Of a stretch of 64,000 bases of DNA, positions 30,326 to 41,125 are shown piece by piece (within the stretch, counting starts at the first letter, position 1; each line of letters begins with the position of its first letter). The position numbers were made by a program, and so were the translations under genes. The notes under the pieces were generated by a model that saw nothing but the letters and a program-made list of their open reading frames with translations, searched no databases and was not told the origin of the DNA. Origin of the DNA: a bacterium (GTDB lineage: Bacteria > UBA8248); assembly GCA_965203325.1 (NCBI GenBank), contig OZ241875.1, forward strand, positions 2,208,001 to 2,272,000, read 5' to 3'.

Positions 30326-30925
30326 ATGAGCTGGATTCAGCCCATTTCCCCGGATGCCGCGGAGGGGGCCGCAAAAGAAATCATCGATGACCTGCGCAAG
30401 GCAGGAAAACCCATTCCCGGGATGTTTCTCGAGATGGGCAGGAGGCCCGATATTCTGGCCGGGCGTGAAACGCTCCGCCGCGCCGTTCATGGCGGCTCGA
30501 GCCTTGGTACTAGACGGGCGGAGCTCCTCGCTTTCTACGTGGCGGCTCACGGGGGGTGATACGGCTGAGCGATGAACCACGGGCAGTTGTTCCGTGACGA
30601 ATGCGATGACGCATCCATCGCCGAAGTAGCCGAGGTACTGGACGACCCGAAGCACGCGGGAATCCTCGACTCAGCGGACCGCACCATGCTCGCCTATGCG
30701 GAGAAGTTCACCCACACGCCTCACTCGATGAAAAAAACGGACATCGAAAGTCTGAGGGCCGCCGGCTTCAGCGAGGAGAGCATCGTGGACATTATCGCGG
30801 CCGTCTCCTACAGAAACTTCGCCAACTCGATCAACTACGCCTTCGGGCACGTGGAGCAAAATCCCGAAGGACCGAAAGAATTGCAGGATGCCATCGAGAG
30901 GTTGAAAAAGAAAATACGTGGCTGA
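30326..30925 (+). CDS. AhpD/CMD-family peroxidase-related protein, predicted selenoprotein with UxxU motif
   Basis: ORFs 30326-30559 and 30572-30925 share one frame; TGA at 30557 and 30566 give E-x11-U-x-x-U-x-x-x-H, matching AhpD E-x11-CxxCxxxH. Confidence 0.85.
30578..30596 (+). promoter_or_regulatory. Candidate bacterial SECIS hairpin
   Basis: CACGGGC-AGTT-GTTCCGTG stem with bulged U and GU-containing loop, 9 nt after the second UGA. Confidence 0.55.
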
Positions 30926-31661
30926 CAAATCACAATCCCTCTCATCAATATCGTATGTGGGTCTATTCATATCGGGTGCTTGCGCGCTGGTCGCCGTGGC
31001 GTCGGGCCTGGGCCATCGCTGGGAACTGTGGCATTTCAGCACGGGGTTCCAGATTTTCAAGTCCGCATCCGTCATCGCTCTCATCTCCGTCGCCGTCTCC
31101 ATGGCGGGTGGCTTGTTCGCTTTGCGAGACGCCTCCAGGCTCAAGACGCTGGCCGCCGCGCTCGGCATCGCACTCGGCTTCATCGTTGCGGGCTTTCTTC
31201 ACGCGCACATGCAGATCGCGAGACGGGTGCCCAAGATTCACGACATCACGACGGACACCCGGAATCCGCCCGCCTTTCAAGCCGTTCTCACGCTCAGGAC
31301 AGGGGCGAAGAACCCGCCCGCCTATGAGGGGGCGCGTATCGCGCGGCTCCAGAAAAAAGCGTATCCGGATATCAAACCACTTATTTTCCAAACTTCAAAA
31401 GAAGAAGTTTTCAAGCGCGCCCAGGATGCCGCGCACGCAATGAGCTGGCATGTGGTGTCGTCCAAACCAACCGAAGGACGCATCGAGGCCTATGACACGA
31501 CCTTCTGGTACGGCTTCATCGACGATATCGTCATACGGATCACGTCGAGCAGCGGAACGACGCGCCTCGACATCCGCTCGAAATCCCGCGTCGGCGTCGG
31601 CGACATCGGTGCGAATGCCAGACGAATTCGCGGATTTTTCGAGAAACTGAAAGTAAGATAG
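30918..31661 (+). CDS. DUF1499 membrane protein
   Basis: Three TM helices, IHDITTD, QKKAYPDI, GFIDDIVIR, RSKSRVG.GD.GANARRI. Confidence 0.9.
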   Translation: MADKSQSLSSISYVGLFISGACALVAVASGLGHRWELWHFSTGFQIFKSASVIALISVAVSMAGGLFALRDASRLKTLAAALGIALGFIVAGFLHAHMQIARRVPKIHDITTDTRNPPAFQAVLTLRTGAKNPPAYEGARIARLQKKAYPDIKPLIFQTSKEEVFKRAQDAAHAMSWHVVSSKPTEGRIEAYDTTFWYGFIDDIVIRITSSSGTTRLDIRSKSRVGVGDIGANARRIRGFFEKLKVR

Positions 31662-31733
31662 ACTCTGGTGTCTAATATTCATCGACGGGATTCACCATGA
31701 GACGATGCCTTGCACAAGGTGATGAGGGGTGAC

Positions 31734-34061
31734 ATGCCCGAATATCAGGTTCTGGGCAAATCCATACCGAGACTCGACTCCGCAGAGAAGGTCTCCGGAT
31801 ACGCCGATTTCGGCGATGATTTGAGAAGATCCGGCTGTCTCACTGCGAAATTGCTCCTGAGCCCGCACTCCCACGCCGAGATCAAGAAAATCGACACCAC
31901 CGATGCCTTGAAGGTTCCCGGCGTACACGCCATCGTCACGGCGGATGATTTTTCCGGTATCCGCCACGGCAGGCTCGTGCGCGATGAACCGCTGCTCGCC
32001 ATCGACAAGGTGCTTTACGTTGGCGAACGCGTGGCCGCCGTGGCCGCCGAAACCCACGAAGCCGCGCAAGCCGCGCTCGAGAAAATTCATGTCGATTACA
32101 AGGTGCTGCCCGCCGTGTTCACGACGGCCGACGCCATGAAGGAAGACGCCCCGCTCCTTCACGACTCACTGGATGATTACGCATCGTTTCCGGGTATCGT
32201 CCGCTACGGAAACGTGGCCGCCGATATTCTCATTCGCTCGGGCGATCCCATCGAAGATGCGCTCGCGCGCGCGGATTTCGTATTCGAGGACGAATACGAA
32301 ACACCCCGCGTTCACCAGAACTATCTCGAACCCCGCGCCATGCTCGCAGAACCCGGACCCGAGGACAGCACGATAGTCTATTCGCCCACCCAGGGGGCTT
32401 TCGTGGTGCGCGCCATCGCCTCGGAAATACTCGAACTCCCCATGAACAAACTGCGCGTCGTGAGCACCCATGTGGGCGGCGCGTTCGGCGGTAAATCCCA
32501 ACATCTGATGGAAGCCCTGGCCGTTCTTTTGAGCAGAAAGTCGAACCGGCCCGTTCAGTTGACTCTCAATCGCGAAGAGGAAACCATCACCGGAAACCCG
32601 AGGCACGCATACCGTATGCGCTATCGCACGGGCGTGACGCGGGAAGGGAAAATCATTGCGCGCCACGTACAAATCACCTCAAACAACGGCGCCTATTGCA
32701 TGACGGGACCGATGGTGCTGGGCAAATCCTGCTACACAAGCGCGGGGCCATATAAGATTCCAAACGTCAGGGTCGATGGTCTGCTCGTGTATACAAACCT
32801 TCCGCCCAGCGGTTCCTACCGGGGATTGGGCGTGGCGCAGGTCGCTTTCGCCTGCGAGCGCCATACCGACCGCATCGCCTCGGAACTGGAAATGGACCCG
32901 CTCGCCTTTCGAATCCTCAACGGGATGGATGAAAACGACGAGGACCCCGCAGGCACGATTCTGCAGAGCGTAAGCATCAAGGAAACGCTCGAGCGCGCGG
33001 GAAAGAAAGCGGGCTGGGGGAAGGGGAAAAAGAAAAACCGGAATAGCAGAATCAGGCGGGGGATGGGCATCGGCTGCGCACGCTATCCCACTGGTGGAGG
33101 GGCGTCGGGCGCCGTCGTGAAGGTGAACGAGGACGGGGGCCTGGCCGTGCTGGCCGGATGCGCCGATCTGGGTACGGGCGCGGCTACCGTGATGGCGCAG
33201 GTGGCGGCGGAGGTTCTTGGAGCCGAGGTCCAAAAGGTGAGCGTACGCATCGCCGACACCGAAACCACGCCCTTCGACGCCATCTCTGCAGGCAGCCGGA
33301 CCACGTTCAACATGGCGCACGCCGTGCGAATGGCGGCGGAAGACGCCCGCGAGCAAATGCTTCGCCAGGCGGCGCGCATGCTCGAATCCTCCCCGGAAGA
33401 CTTAAGCATAGGCGAGGGAAACATATTCGTCCGCGCGGCGCCCTCACGTGCCATCGCGTTCGCCGATGTGGCGTTTTCGGCCGTATGGAAAGGCGACGGC
33501 CCCGTGACCGGGCGCGGCTCCTACCGCGGGGAGAATCCTCCTCATCGCACGGACAACGTGCGCGGCCACCCCGAACCCTCGAGACCCGGGCCGGAATTCG
33601 CCACCCAAATCGCCGAAGTCGAAGTCGACACCGAAACAGGAGAAACCAGGGTGCTGAGAATCACCAGCGCGCAGGATGTGGGCTTCGCTATGAACCCCCT
33701 CACCCTGAACGGACAGATAGAGGGCGGCATCGCACAGGGGCTGGGCTGGGCCCTCGCCGAGCAGATCCACCACGAAGAGGGCATCATCGAGCATGCGGAT
33801 TTCGAGAGCCAACTCAATCCCACCAGTCTGGACGTCTCGGAAATCGAAAGCGTGATCGTGGAATCGCCCGACGTGGAAGGCCCCTACGGGGCGAAGGGAG
33901 CGGGAGAAATGCCGCTCATTCCTGCGGCGCCCGCGATAGCGAACGCGATAGCAGACGCCATCGGGGACCCGGCCAACCCGAACCTCAACACGTTGCCGAT
34001 TGCGCCGGAGGACGTCGTTCGCGCGGTTCGCGAAAGAAACGCCGCCGTATCGATTGATTAG
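31734..34061 (+). CDS. Xanthine dehydrogenase/CoxL family molybdopterin-binding subunit
   Basis: VGGAFGGK, YRGLG, GQIEGG..QG.G, GAKGAGE. Confidence 0.93.
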   Translation: MPEYQVLGKSIPRLDSAEKVSGYADFGDDLRRSGCLTAKLLLSPHSHAEIKKIDTTDALKVPGVHAIVTADDFSGIRHGRLVRDEPLLAIDKVLYVGERVAAVAAETHEAAQAALEKIHVDYKVLPAVFTTADAMKEDAPLLHDSLDDYASFPGIVRYGNVAADILIRSGDPIEDALARADFVFEDEYETPRVHQNYLEPRAMLAEPGPEDSTIVYSPTQGAFVVRAIASEILELPMNKLRVVSTHVGGAFGGKSQHLMEALAVLLSRKSNRPVQLTLNREEETITGNPRHAYRMRYRTGVTREGKIIARHVQITSNNGAYCMTGPMVLGKSCYTSAGPYKIPNVRVDGLLVYTNLPPSGSYRGLGVAQVAFACERHTDRIASELEMDPLAFRILNGMDENDEDPAGTILQSVSIKETLERAGKKAGWGKGKKKNRNSRIRRGMGIGCARYPTGGGASGAVVKVNEDGGLAVLAGCADLGTGAATVMAQVAAEVLGAEVQKVSVRIADTETTPFDAISAGSRTTFNMAHAVRMAAEDAREQMLRQAARMLESSPEDLSIGEGNIFVRAAPSRAIAFADVAFSAVWKGDGPVTGRGSYRGENPPHRTDNVRGHPEPSRPGPEFATQIAEVEVDTETGETRVLRITSAQDVGFAMNPLTLNGQIEGGIAQGLGWALAEQIHHEEGIIEHADFESQLNPTSLDVSEIESVIVESPDVEGPYGAKGAGEMPLIPAAPAIANAIADAIGDPANPNLNTLPIAPEDVVRAVRERNAAVSID

Positions 34062-35338
34062 TTTTTCAACTCGAATTTCTCATCATAAATGTCAAAACTC
34101 GATGACGCCGCGATGTCTCGGGCCTGCATGATGAGCTCCCACGACAAGTTCGAGATGTCGGGATTTTTGAGAAATTCAATGAAGAAATTATAATAAAACG
34201 CATCGGGCCGCACGTGAACGCGCACCCTGAACCTCGCGGCATCCTCTCTTCGTCCCCTTCTGTATCGAAACGTGATGGATTCTTGAGGGGGAATGCGCGT
34301 GTCATGGATTTCACGGCTGAAATCGGACGAGAGTTTCCGCTCTATCACGTTGATTTGCCTTGAACCCGGAATGGTTCGCCCGTTCTTGTCTTCAAGTTCG
34401 GTGATCACGTCCACGGAAGGCGTGATGTAGGTGGGAAAATAATGGCCGGCGCCCGAGTTCGTGAGCTTGATTTCGGCCGTCACGATTTCCCCCTGTGCTT
34501 CTGCTCCCACCCGAACGTCGATTTGCACGGCGCTCTGCGTCATATCCTTGTCATGTATGCCTCGCCAAAGATGCGCCCGGTCGGGCATGTGACAACTCTG
34601 GCAGGCGACGCCCTCCTTGCCCCAAAGCGAGTTTTTCCACTCGTTGTAGGTATTCTGAATCGATTTCCCGTTCGGTCCGGGAAACGTGTGCTGGTGACAA
34701 CTCATGCAAAATTCAGAGCGGCTGAAAAAGGGCGTGCGCTCCACACCGGCGTGCGGGCCTTTTCTTGTCGTATCGTCTACGCCTTCGGGGGTCTCTTTCT
34801 TCCGGGGACCATGCACCCGCCAATCGCGTACATGGCATGCGGCGCAGGCCAGTCCACTCATCTCCAGTTCAGTATTGTGGACCGGATTTTTCCGCCAGTT
34901 CGCCAGAGGGCCAGCGCCAAACTTCGCGCGTTTTTGCTGTTCCGCCAAGGGCGCGTGGCACTCGTTGCAGTTTTGCGCTCCCCCGGGATTCGTCTTCCAC
35001 ATATCGACGAGTTGCCCATATATGCCCGGACTCATCGCCTTGGCGTGAAGCGTGGTTCTCCACTGTTTGTACTGCTCGGGATGACAACTGCCGCAACGCT
35101 CCGGCGAAAGAGAGCGTTCAGCGCCTCTGTATGATTTCGGCGCCTCGCCCATGGGAGGCAATGGATAGCGGAAGTATTCTTTCGCGAAATCCCGCCAGCG
35201 CTTCCATTCTTTGGGAATCCCTTTTTTTTCCGATGCTTGCACGGAGGGAAAGATGAAGTTTTTTGATATCTTCCGGGAAAACGCCGGGAGAGCGAGAAAA
35301 ACAACGGAAACGATACAGATCCCGAGTTTCAAGCGCAT
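34058..35338 (-). CDS. Pentaheme c-type cytochrome (c554-like)
   Basis: Five CxxCH motifs (CGSCH, CNECH, CAACH, CMSCH, CQSCH), N-terminal hydrophobic signal, GAGHYFPT. Confidence 0.88.
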   Translation of the reverse strand: MRLKLGICIVSVVFLALPAFSRKISKNFIFPSVQASEKKGIPKEWKRWRDFAKEYFRYPLPPMGEAPKSYRGAERSLSPERCGSCHPEQYKQWRTTLHAKAMSPGIYGQLVDMWKTNPGGAQNCNECHAPLAEQQKRAKFGAGPLANWRKNPVHNTELEMSGLACAACHVRDWRVHGPRKKETPEGVDDTTRKGPHAGVERTPFFSRSEFCMSCHQHTFPGPNGKSIQNTYNEWKNSLWGKEGVACQSCHMPDRAHLWRGIHDKDMTQSAVQIDVRVGAEAQGEIVTAEIKLTNSGAGHYFPTYITPSVDVITELEDKNGRTIPGSRQINVIERKLSSDFSREIHDTRIPPQESITFRYRRGRREDAARFRVRVHVRPDAFYYNFFIEFLKNPDISNLSWELIMQARDIAASSSFDIYDEKFELKN

Positions 35339-35620
35339 TCCATGCTTCCTGTTACGGCGGCCCGCCTGCCTGACCAGTTTCATTTCACCTGACGACACCC
35401 GTGTAAACAAGTTCCTGAGAAAACCCGAGAAATCGTAGTGCTGCTCCACGCCCGAATCTATTGTGGGCTGAAAGCCCTTTTTTTCTCAACAGGCGTATTC
35501 CACACAAAGTTCATGGCTGAAACCCTGGGAAACGATATCACCCGGTACAGGTTTTACTTGATGAATCGAATTGGATAGGGTCTGTCAGAACAATCGAACC
35601 AGACCCGACAATTCGGAGGC

Positions 35621-36076
35621 ATGATGAATTTCGAGATACGTCCGGCCACTATCGAGGACACGGAAACTATTGTCCAATTCAACATCGAGATGGCCCTGGA
35701 GAGTGAAAACCTTCGTCTGGAGCCCGAAAAAGTCCGCCGGGGCGTGGAAAAATCCCTCGCCGACCCTTCGCTGGGACAATACTATCTCGCGCACCGGGGC
35801 GACGAGATTCTGGGGCAAATCCGGGTCACCCTGGAGTGGAGCGACTGGAACAACGGCCAATACTGGTGGATTCAGAACGTGTATGTCGTTCCGTCTGAGA
35901 GAAACCAGGGCATTTACAAAGCCTTGCACCATCACGTCAAAAATCTCGCCGAACAAGCGGGCGCCTGCGGCCTGCAGCTATACGTCGACGCGCAAAACGC
36001 GGCGGCCCAGGCGGTTTACAAGAACCTGAACATGGAGGAAAGCCACTATCTGATTTTCGAGCAAAGAGGAGATTAA
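35621..36076 (+). CDS. GNAT N-acetyltransferase
   Basis: EWSDW, WIQNVYV, RNQGIY, LYV...NAAAQAVY. Confidence 0.9.
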   Translation: MMNFEIRPATIEDTETIVQFNIEMALESENLRLEPEKVRRGVEKSLADPSLGQYYLAHRGDEILGQIRVTLEWSDWNNGQYWWIQNVYVVPSERNQGIYKALHHHVKNLAEQAGACGLQLYVDAQNAAAQAVYKNLNMEESHYLIFEQRGD

Positions 36077-36561
36077 CGACCCTCTTGATTCCTCTTGAGG
36101 GGGATGACATCCGCAGGCTTTTGCGCGTCATCCCGGCGGCGCCCCCGCCAGGAAGAGGGCCAGACATACCGCACACGCCACAGGGTTCGGGCCGCACCGC
36201 CTACCGCCCACGTGAGCGTGCTGCCCGCGTTTCGCGTTCTTTTGCCGAGCGAGCGAAACGCTTTTTTACCGCCTTCCTCGCCGATGGAGACGAGGCGCGA
36301 GGTCGCCTCTTTCGCCGCGCCGATGGGGCGGAGGGCCTGTGCGATCGCCTGTCGCAAGACCCATTTCAGCATCAGGCAAAACACGACGGAGAGAGCGAAA
36401 AAGACGCCCAGCACCTTGAGGCCCCGCGCGGGCTCGTCCACTATCATCACGCTCGTCTGCGCGATGCCGTAGAACGCCAGGGCCACGATCCCCAGACAGA
36501 CGGCCACGGCGCCCCCTGAACGCACTATCAACCGCATGATGCCGAACATGTTCGTCTCCAT
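36073..36561 (-). CDS. Hypothetical membrane protein (2 TM helices)
   Basis: Two hydrophobic helices, basic tail, AGGGG before ATG. Confidence 0.6.
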   Translation of the reverse strand: METNMFGIMRLIVRSGGAVAVCLGIVALAFYGIAQTSVMIVDEPARGLKVLGVFFALSVVFCLMLKWVLRQAIAQALRPIGAAKEATSRLVSIGEEGGKKAFRSLGKRTRNAGSTLTWAVGGAARTLWRVRYVWPSSWRGRRRDDAQKPADVIPLKRNQEGR

Positions 36562-36694
36562 CCCCTGTCGTTGCCGGAAAACGCATCCGATCCATCAAGA
36601 ATACCCATTTGCGAAGCCAAAATCCAGCGCGGTTATTTCACCTCCGGGAGATATTTCCGTTGACGCGCGAAACCTCTCGTTCTATGTTCACTAG

Positions 36695-38023
<1,329 letters not shown>

Positions 38024-38195
38024 AACCCATATAACGCTTTAAAAACCAACCGTTTGCATTTTCAGTTTCATCCCGGCCGAAAAATCCGGGGTTCCACCCC
38101 CGCCGCTCCCGTCCGGCAATTCCCGAAGGGCGCACGGAGCGGAAACCTTTGCAGAATCTTTACCCACCGCCGCCGCCTTCGCTGATACCATTCAA

Positions 38196-38510
38196 GCCGT
38201 TTGAGCAGCCTCGAAGGGTGTTTGGAGAGGCGACGGATGAATCCGGCGGGGGACGCCGAGTTGCTTCGCCCTCATGGACGAGTCGTCGGCGGGCCGGATA
38301 CGCCGCGCGGGGGTCAAAGGCCCCGCACAAGGGTCTTCCCGCCCCGGAGACGGGAGCGCGGTCCAGTCGCGCGGATGCGCACCCGGATTCCGGCCGGTTG
38401 TCCGCCTTGTTGGCTCGGGCGGCTTCGGTCGATTCCTCCCGAAGCGGAAAGCCCGAACGCGGGGTCTCCCCGCGCGGCCCACCCCACGCCCCGAACACGG
38501 CAATCGCTCA
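38196..38510 (+). ncRNA. Candidate structured non-coding RNA of unknown class
   Basis: End-to-end closing helices plus at least six internal hairpins with G.U pairs on the + strand; upstream extended -10 (TGaTACCAT at 38183-38191). Confidence 0.45.
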
Positions 38511-38666
38511 CTCTTCAATCGCGATTGACCCCGACACGGCTCATCGCGCCCTGAAGGCCCGCAACTCCCCGCATTGCATTTCCCCGCATTTGCTGTCATG
38601 GCGGGACCGGCCGGTCGTGGCAGAATCCTCCTGCGTCGCGGCCTGGCGGCGTCATTTCCCAGGAAA

Positions 38667-38737
38667 TTTAATTTTCAGAAATACCCCGTCAATTTATCGA
38701 TATTTATCGAATTTTACGGGAATTTTCAGGAATTCCA
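38667..38737 (-). repeat. AT-rich phased A-tract element, copy 2
   Basis: Inverted homologue of 21758-21828. Confidence 0.7.
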
Positions 38738-38982
38738 TTTTCTCGAACGAAACCGCCCGGCTTCGCCATCATACGCGCCCGCGCCCCGAGCAGCGCGACG
38801 GCAATTGCGGGCAAATGCGGGTCGTTTCGAACGGGATGCGGAGAATTTCGTCCGGACGCCGGGCGGGAGCGGTGAGCGCTTCGCCGCAAATGCGGGCAAA
38901 TGCGCCCCGGCGCGCGAGGGATGGAGACCCGGACGGAGGATGCGGAATCCGACCCGGCCGTCGCGGGTCAATCGCGACCGAA

Positions 38983-39294
38983 GAGGGGCCGGTGAAAAAG
39001 TCTGGCATGCGACCCCTACGAAGATCGCTCTCCACCGAGGAAAATTTCAAATCAACTCCCCCCTTGAGGGGGAGTCGAAGAGGCCGAGCCTTGGCGAAGG
39101 CCGATTCGGTGGGGGGAGGTTTTTATCTGTGGCTTGTCCCCCCACCGATTCGGTTTCGGGTTTACACCCTCACCTCATCGACTCCCCCTCAAGGGGGGAG
39201 TGAAATTTAGCGCTCTCCTTCTGGGACTTTTCACCAGCCCCCTCCTCAGGGGGCATCGTTTTTACCCCCCTGACAAGGGGGGGTAGGGGGGGGT
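38983..39294. mobile_element. Nested MITE/REP-like element
   Basis: Outer inverted repeats GAGGGGCCGGTGAAAAAGTC/GACTTTTCACCAGCCCC enclose a 147-bp unit (39055-39201) with perfect 24-bp terminal inverted repeats ACTCCCCCCTTGAGGGGGAGTCGA; a further palindrome follows at 39264-39294. Confidence 0.75.
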
Positions 39295-39389
39295 GGTTTT
39301 CCAGTCGAGAGGGGCGCCGCCTCTCCCCGCTCGGGATTGATTAAAAACCCCATCTCGCCATGCTAGAATAATGGGAGCGGCTCTCGCGC

Positions 39390-39475
39390 GGAGGGATGGC
39401 CGAGCGGCCGAAGGCGGTGGTCTTGAAAACCACTGAGCGAAAGCTCCGGGGGTTCGAATCCCTCTCCCTCCGCCA
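39390..39475 (+). tRNA. tRNA-Ser (anticodon TGA)
   Basis: GGAGGGA acceptor stem, GTGGT-CTTGAAA-ACCAC anticodon arm, long variable arm, GGTTCGAATCC, G discriminator + CCA. Confidence 0.96.
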
Positions 39476-39577
39476 GTTCATACGGGCGGGCCTGGAGAAA
39501 GCCTGAGTTTCTCGTAGCCGTTCCATGCGGGCATCGCCGCTCAGCCATTGCCATTCACCGACCCCTTTGCACCGTCC

Positions 39578-39699
39578 GCACGGCACCCCGACCCGCCGCT
39601 ATACTTGCCCGGAACATTTCTGCAAAATAAGACCATGGCATGCAGTCCACCGGAACGGCGACCGATAAGGGCGGTCGAGGAGACCGGATAGCGACATGG
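39578..39699 (+). repeat. 122-bp direct repeat, left island boundary
   Basis: Near-identical to 45460-45581. Confidence 0.95.
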
Positions 39700-39893
39700 G
39701 GACTCCCAAGTTAGGCAAAGGTGATGACAGGACCATAGTGAACGGCTGGTGCGAGGGCGGGCGCACCGTCCATCAAGTAAGCATTTGATATGGGGGAAAC
39801 ACTCCGCCACTACATGAAGACTTCTCGATCAGCCAAGCCAAACAGCTATGTAGGAGATACCTGCTACTTGAAAACTCACACGTCGGAGCGCTT

Positions 39894-41120
39894 ATGATTA
39901 GACCCCCAGATATAAAGGGACTGGCGCGGCGTTGGCGTCGTGCGCCGCGACGATGGGGCCACCCTCTACACTCTTTGTGCTCGTACTTCGCCATGTTTCC
40001 GCCACAGGTTCCGTACGTATTCATTCGATGGCTTACTAAGCCTGGTGATGTCGTCTATGATCCGTTTGCCGGACGCGGCACTACACCTATGGAGGCATGC
40101 CGGATGGGACGCGTTGGCATGGGTTCGGATGCTAATCCCCTGGCGCACCTCCTTACCGCAGGCAAAGTAGACGCTCCAACCACTGATGAGGCACATACTC
40201 GCTTGAGAGTCTTGCGTGAGAATTGTGTCCCGGAGTGCCCGAGTTCAGCCCCTGCTGACATCCAGATGCTCTACTCAGGCCGAGTCCTCGGGCAGCTCAT
40301 ATGGTTGCGAAATGCACTTAAAGTTAGCCAGCGTGATGACCGATTCCTAATGGCACTTCTCTTAGGGGTGATGCATGCCAACTATAGGCCCGGTGGACCG
40401 GTACACGGCTTGTCGATCAGTATGCCGAACACATTTTCGATGTCGGCGGGATATGTCCGGCGATATATTGAGGAGCATAGGCTCGTACCACCCGATGTTG
40501 ACGTCTTCGATCTTCTCGATTGGAAGCTGGGCAGGATGAGCTTGCCTGAGGCTACGGCAACGCGAGGCACCGCTTGGCAGCAGGACGCACGCAACCCCAT
40601 GGCCACGACAATTTGCGACCGGCCTGCGAAGCTCGTGTTCACATCTCCCCCTTACCTTAGCGTCATCAAGTATGGGAAATACAACTGGGTGCGACTCTGG
40701 ATGCTCAAGCAAGAACCGGAAGTGGTTGATCGAGCACTCGTCGCGACTGGGTCTCTGCCGAAATACCTGCAGTTCATCAGTGCCGTCTTGACGCAGATGG
40801 CCTCAGCGATTCGGGAGGATGGATACCTCTGTCTGATGATCGGCGACGTTTATGATCGTTGCAAGGGAAAAACTACGAACCTCGCTGCCCAGGTCTGGGA
40901 GGAAGCTGCGCAACCACTTGGTTGGCGCCTTCATGGCATTGTTACTGACCGACTTCCAACTAAACACAAAGTCAGTCGAATTTGGAAGCAAAGGCGTGGG
41001 GAAGCGACGAAGACGGACCGTGTACTTATATTATCCCGCCCTGGAAACAACCTTACTCAGCTGCCTCCTCTTAGCCCTATACGGTGGGAGCCAGCTTCCG
41101 AGTGGGCTGCAGGAGGATAG
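39894..41120 (+). CDS. Amino-type DNA methyltransferase (probably N4-cytosine, alpha motif order)
   Basis: H...SYFAMFPP, motif I DPFAGRGTT preceding motif IV TSPPY. Confidence 0.88.
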   Translation: MIRPPDIKGLARRWRRAPRRWGHPLHSLCSYFAMFPPQVPYVFIRWLTKPGDVVYDPFAGRGTTPMEACRMGRVGMGSDANPLAHLLTAGKVDAPTTDEAHTRLRVLRENCVPECPSSAPADIQMLYSGRVLGQLIWLRNALKVSQRDDRFLMALLLGVMHANYRPGGPVHGLSISMPNTFSMSAGYVRRYIEEHRLVPPDVDVFDLLDWKLGRMSLPEATATRGTAWQQDARNPMATTICDRPAKLVFTSPPYLSVIKYGKYNWVRLWMLKQEPEVVDRALVATGSLPKYLQFISAVLTQMASAIREDGYLCLMIGDVYDRCKGKTTNLAAQVWEEAAQPLGWRLHGIVTDRLPTKHKVSRIWKQRRGEATKTDRVLILSRPGNNLTQLPPLSPIRWEPASEWAAGG

Positions 41121-41125
41121 AAGTA

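Noticed and set aside
38149..39210. 353-aa ORF downstream of serS
   Set aside because: Arg/Pro/Ser-rich, no motifs, runs through repeat elements; most likely spurious.
39390..39475. tRNA with TGA in the anticodon loop as a possible tRNA-Sec
   Set aside because: Anticodon TGA reads UCA (Ser); tRNA-Sec needs anticodon TCA and a longer acceptor stem. No selC was seen in the window.
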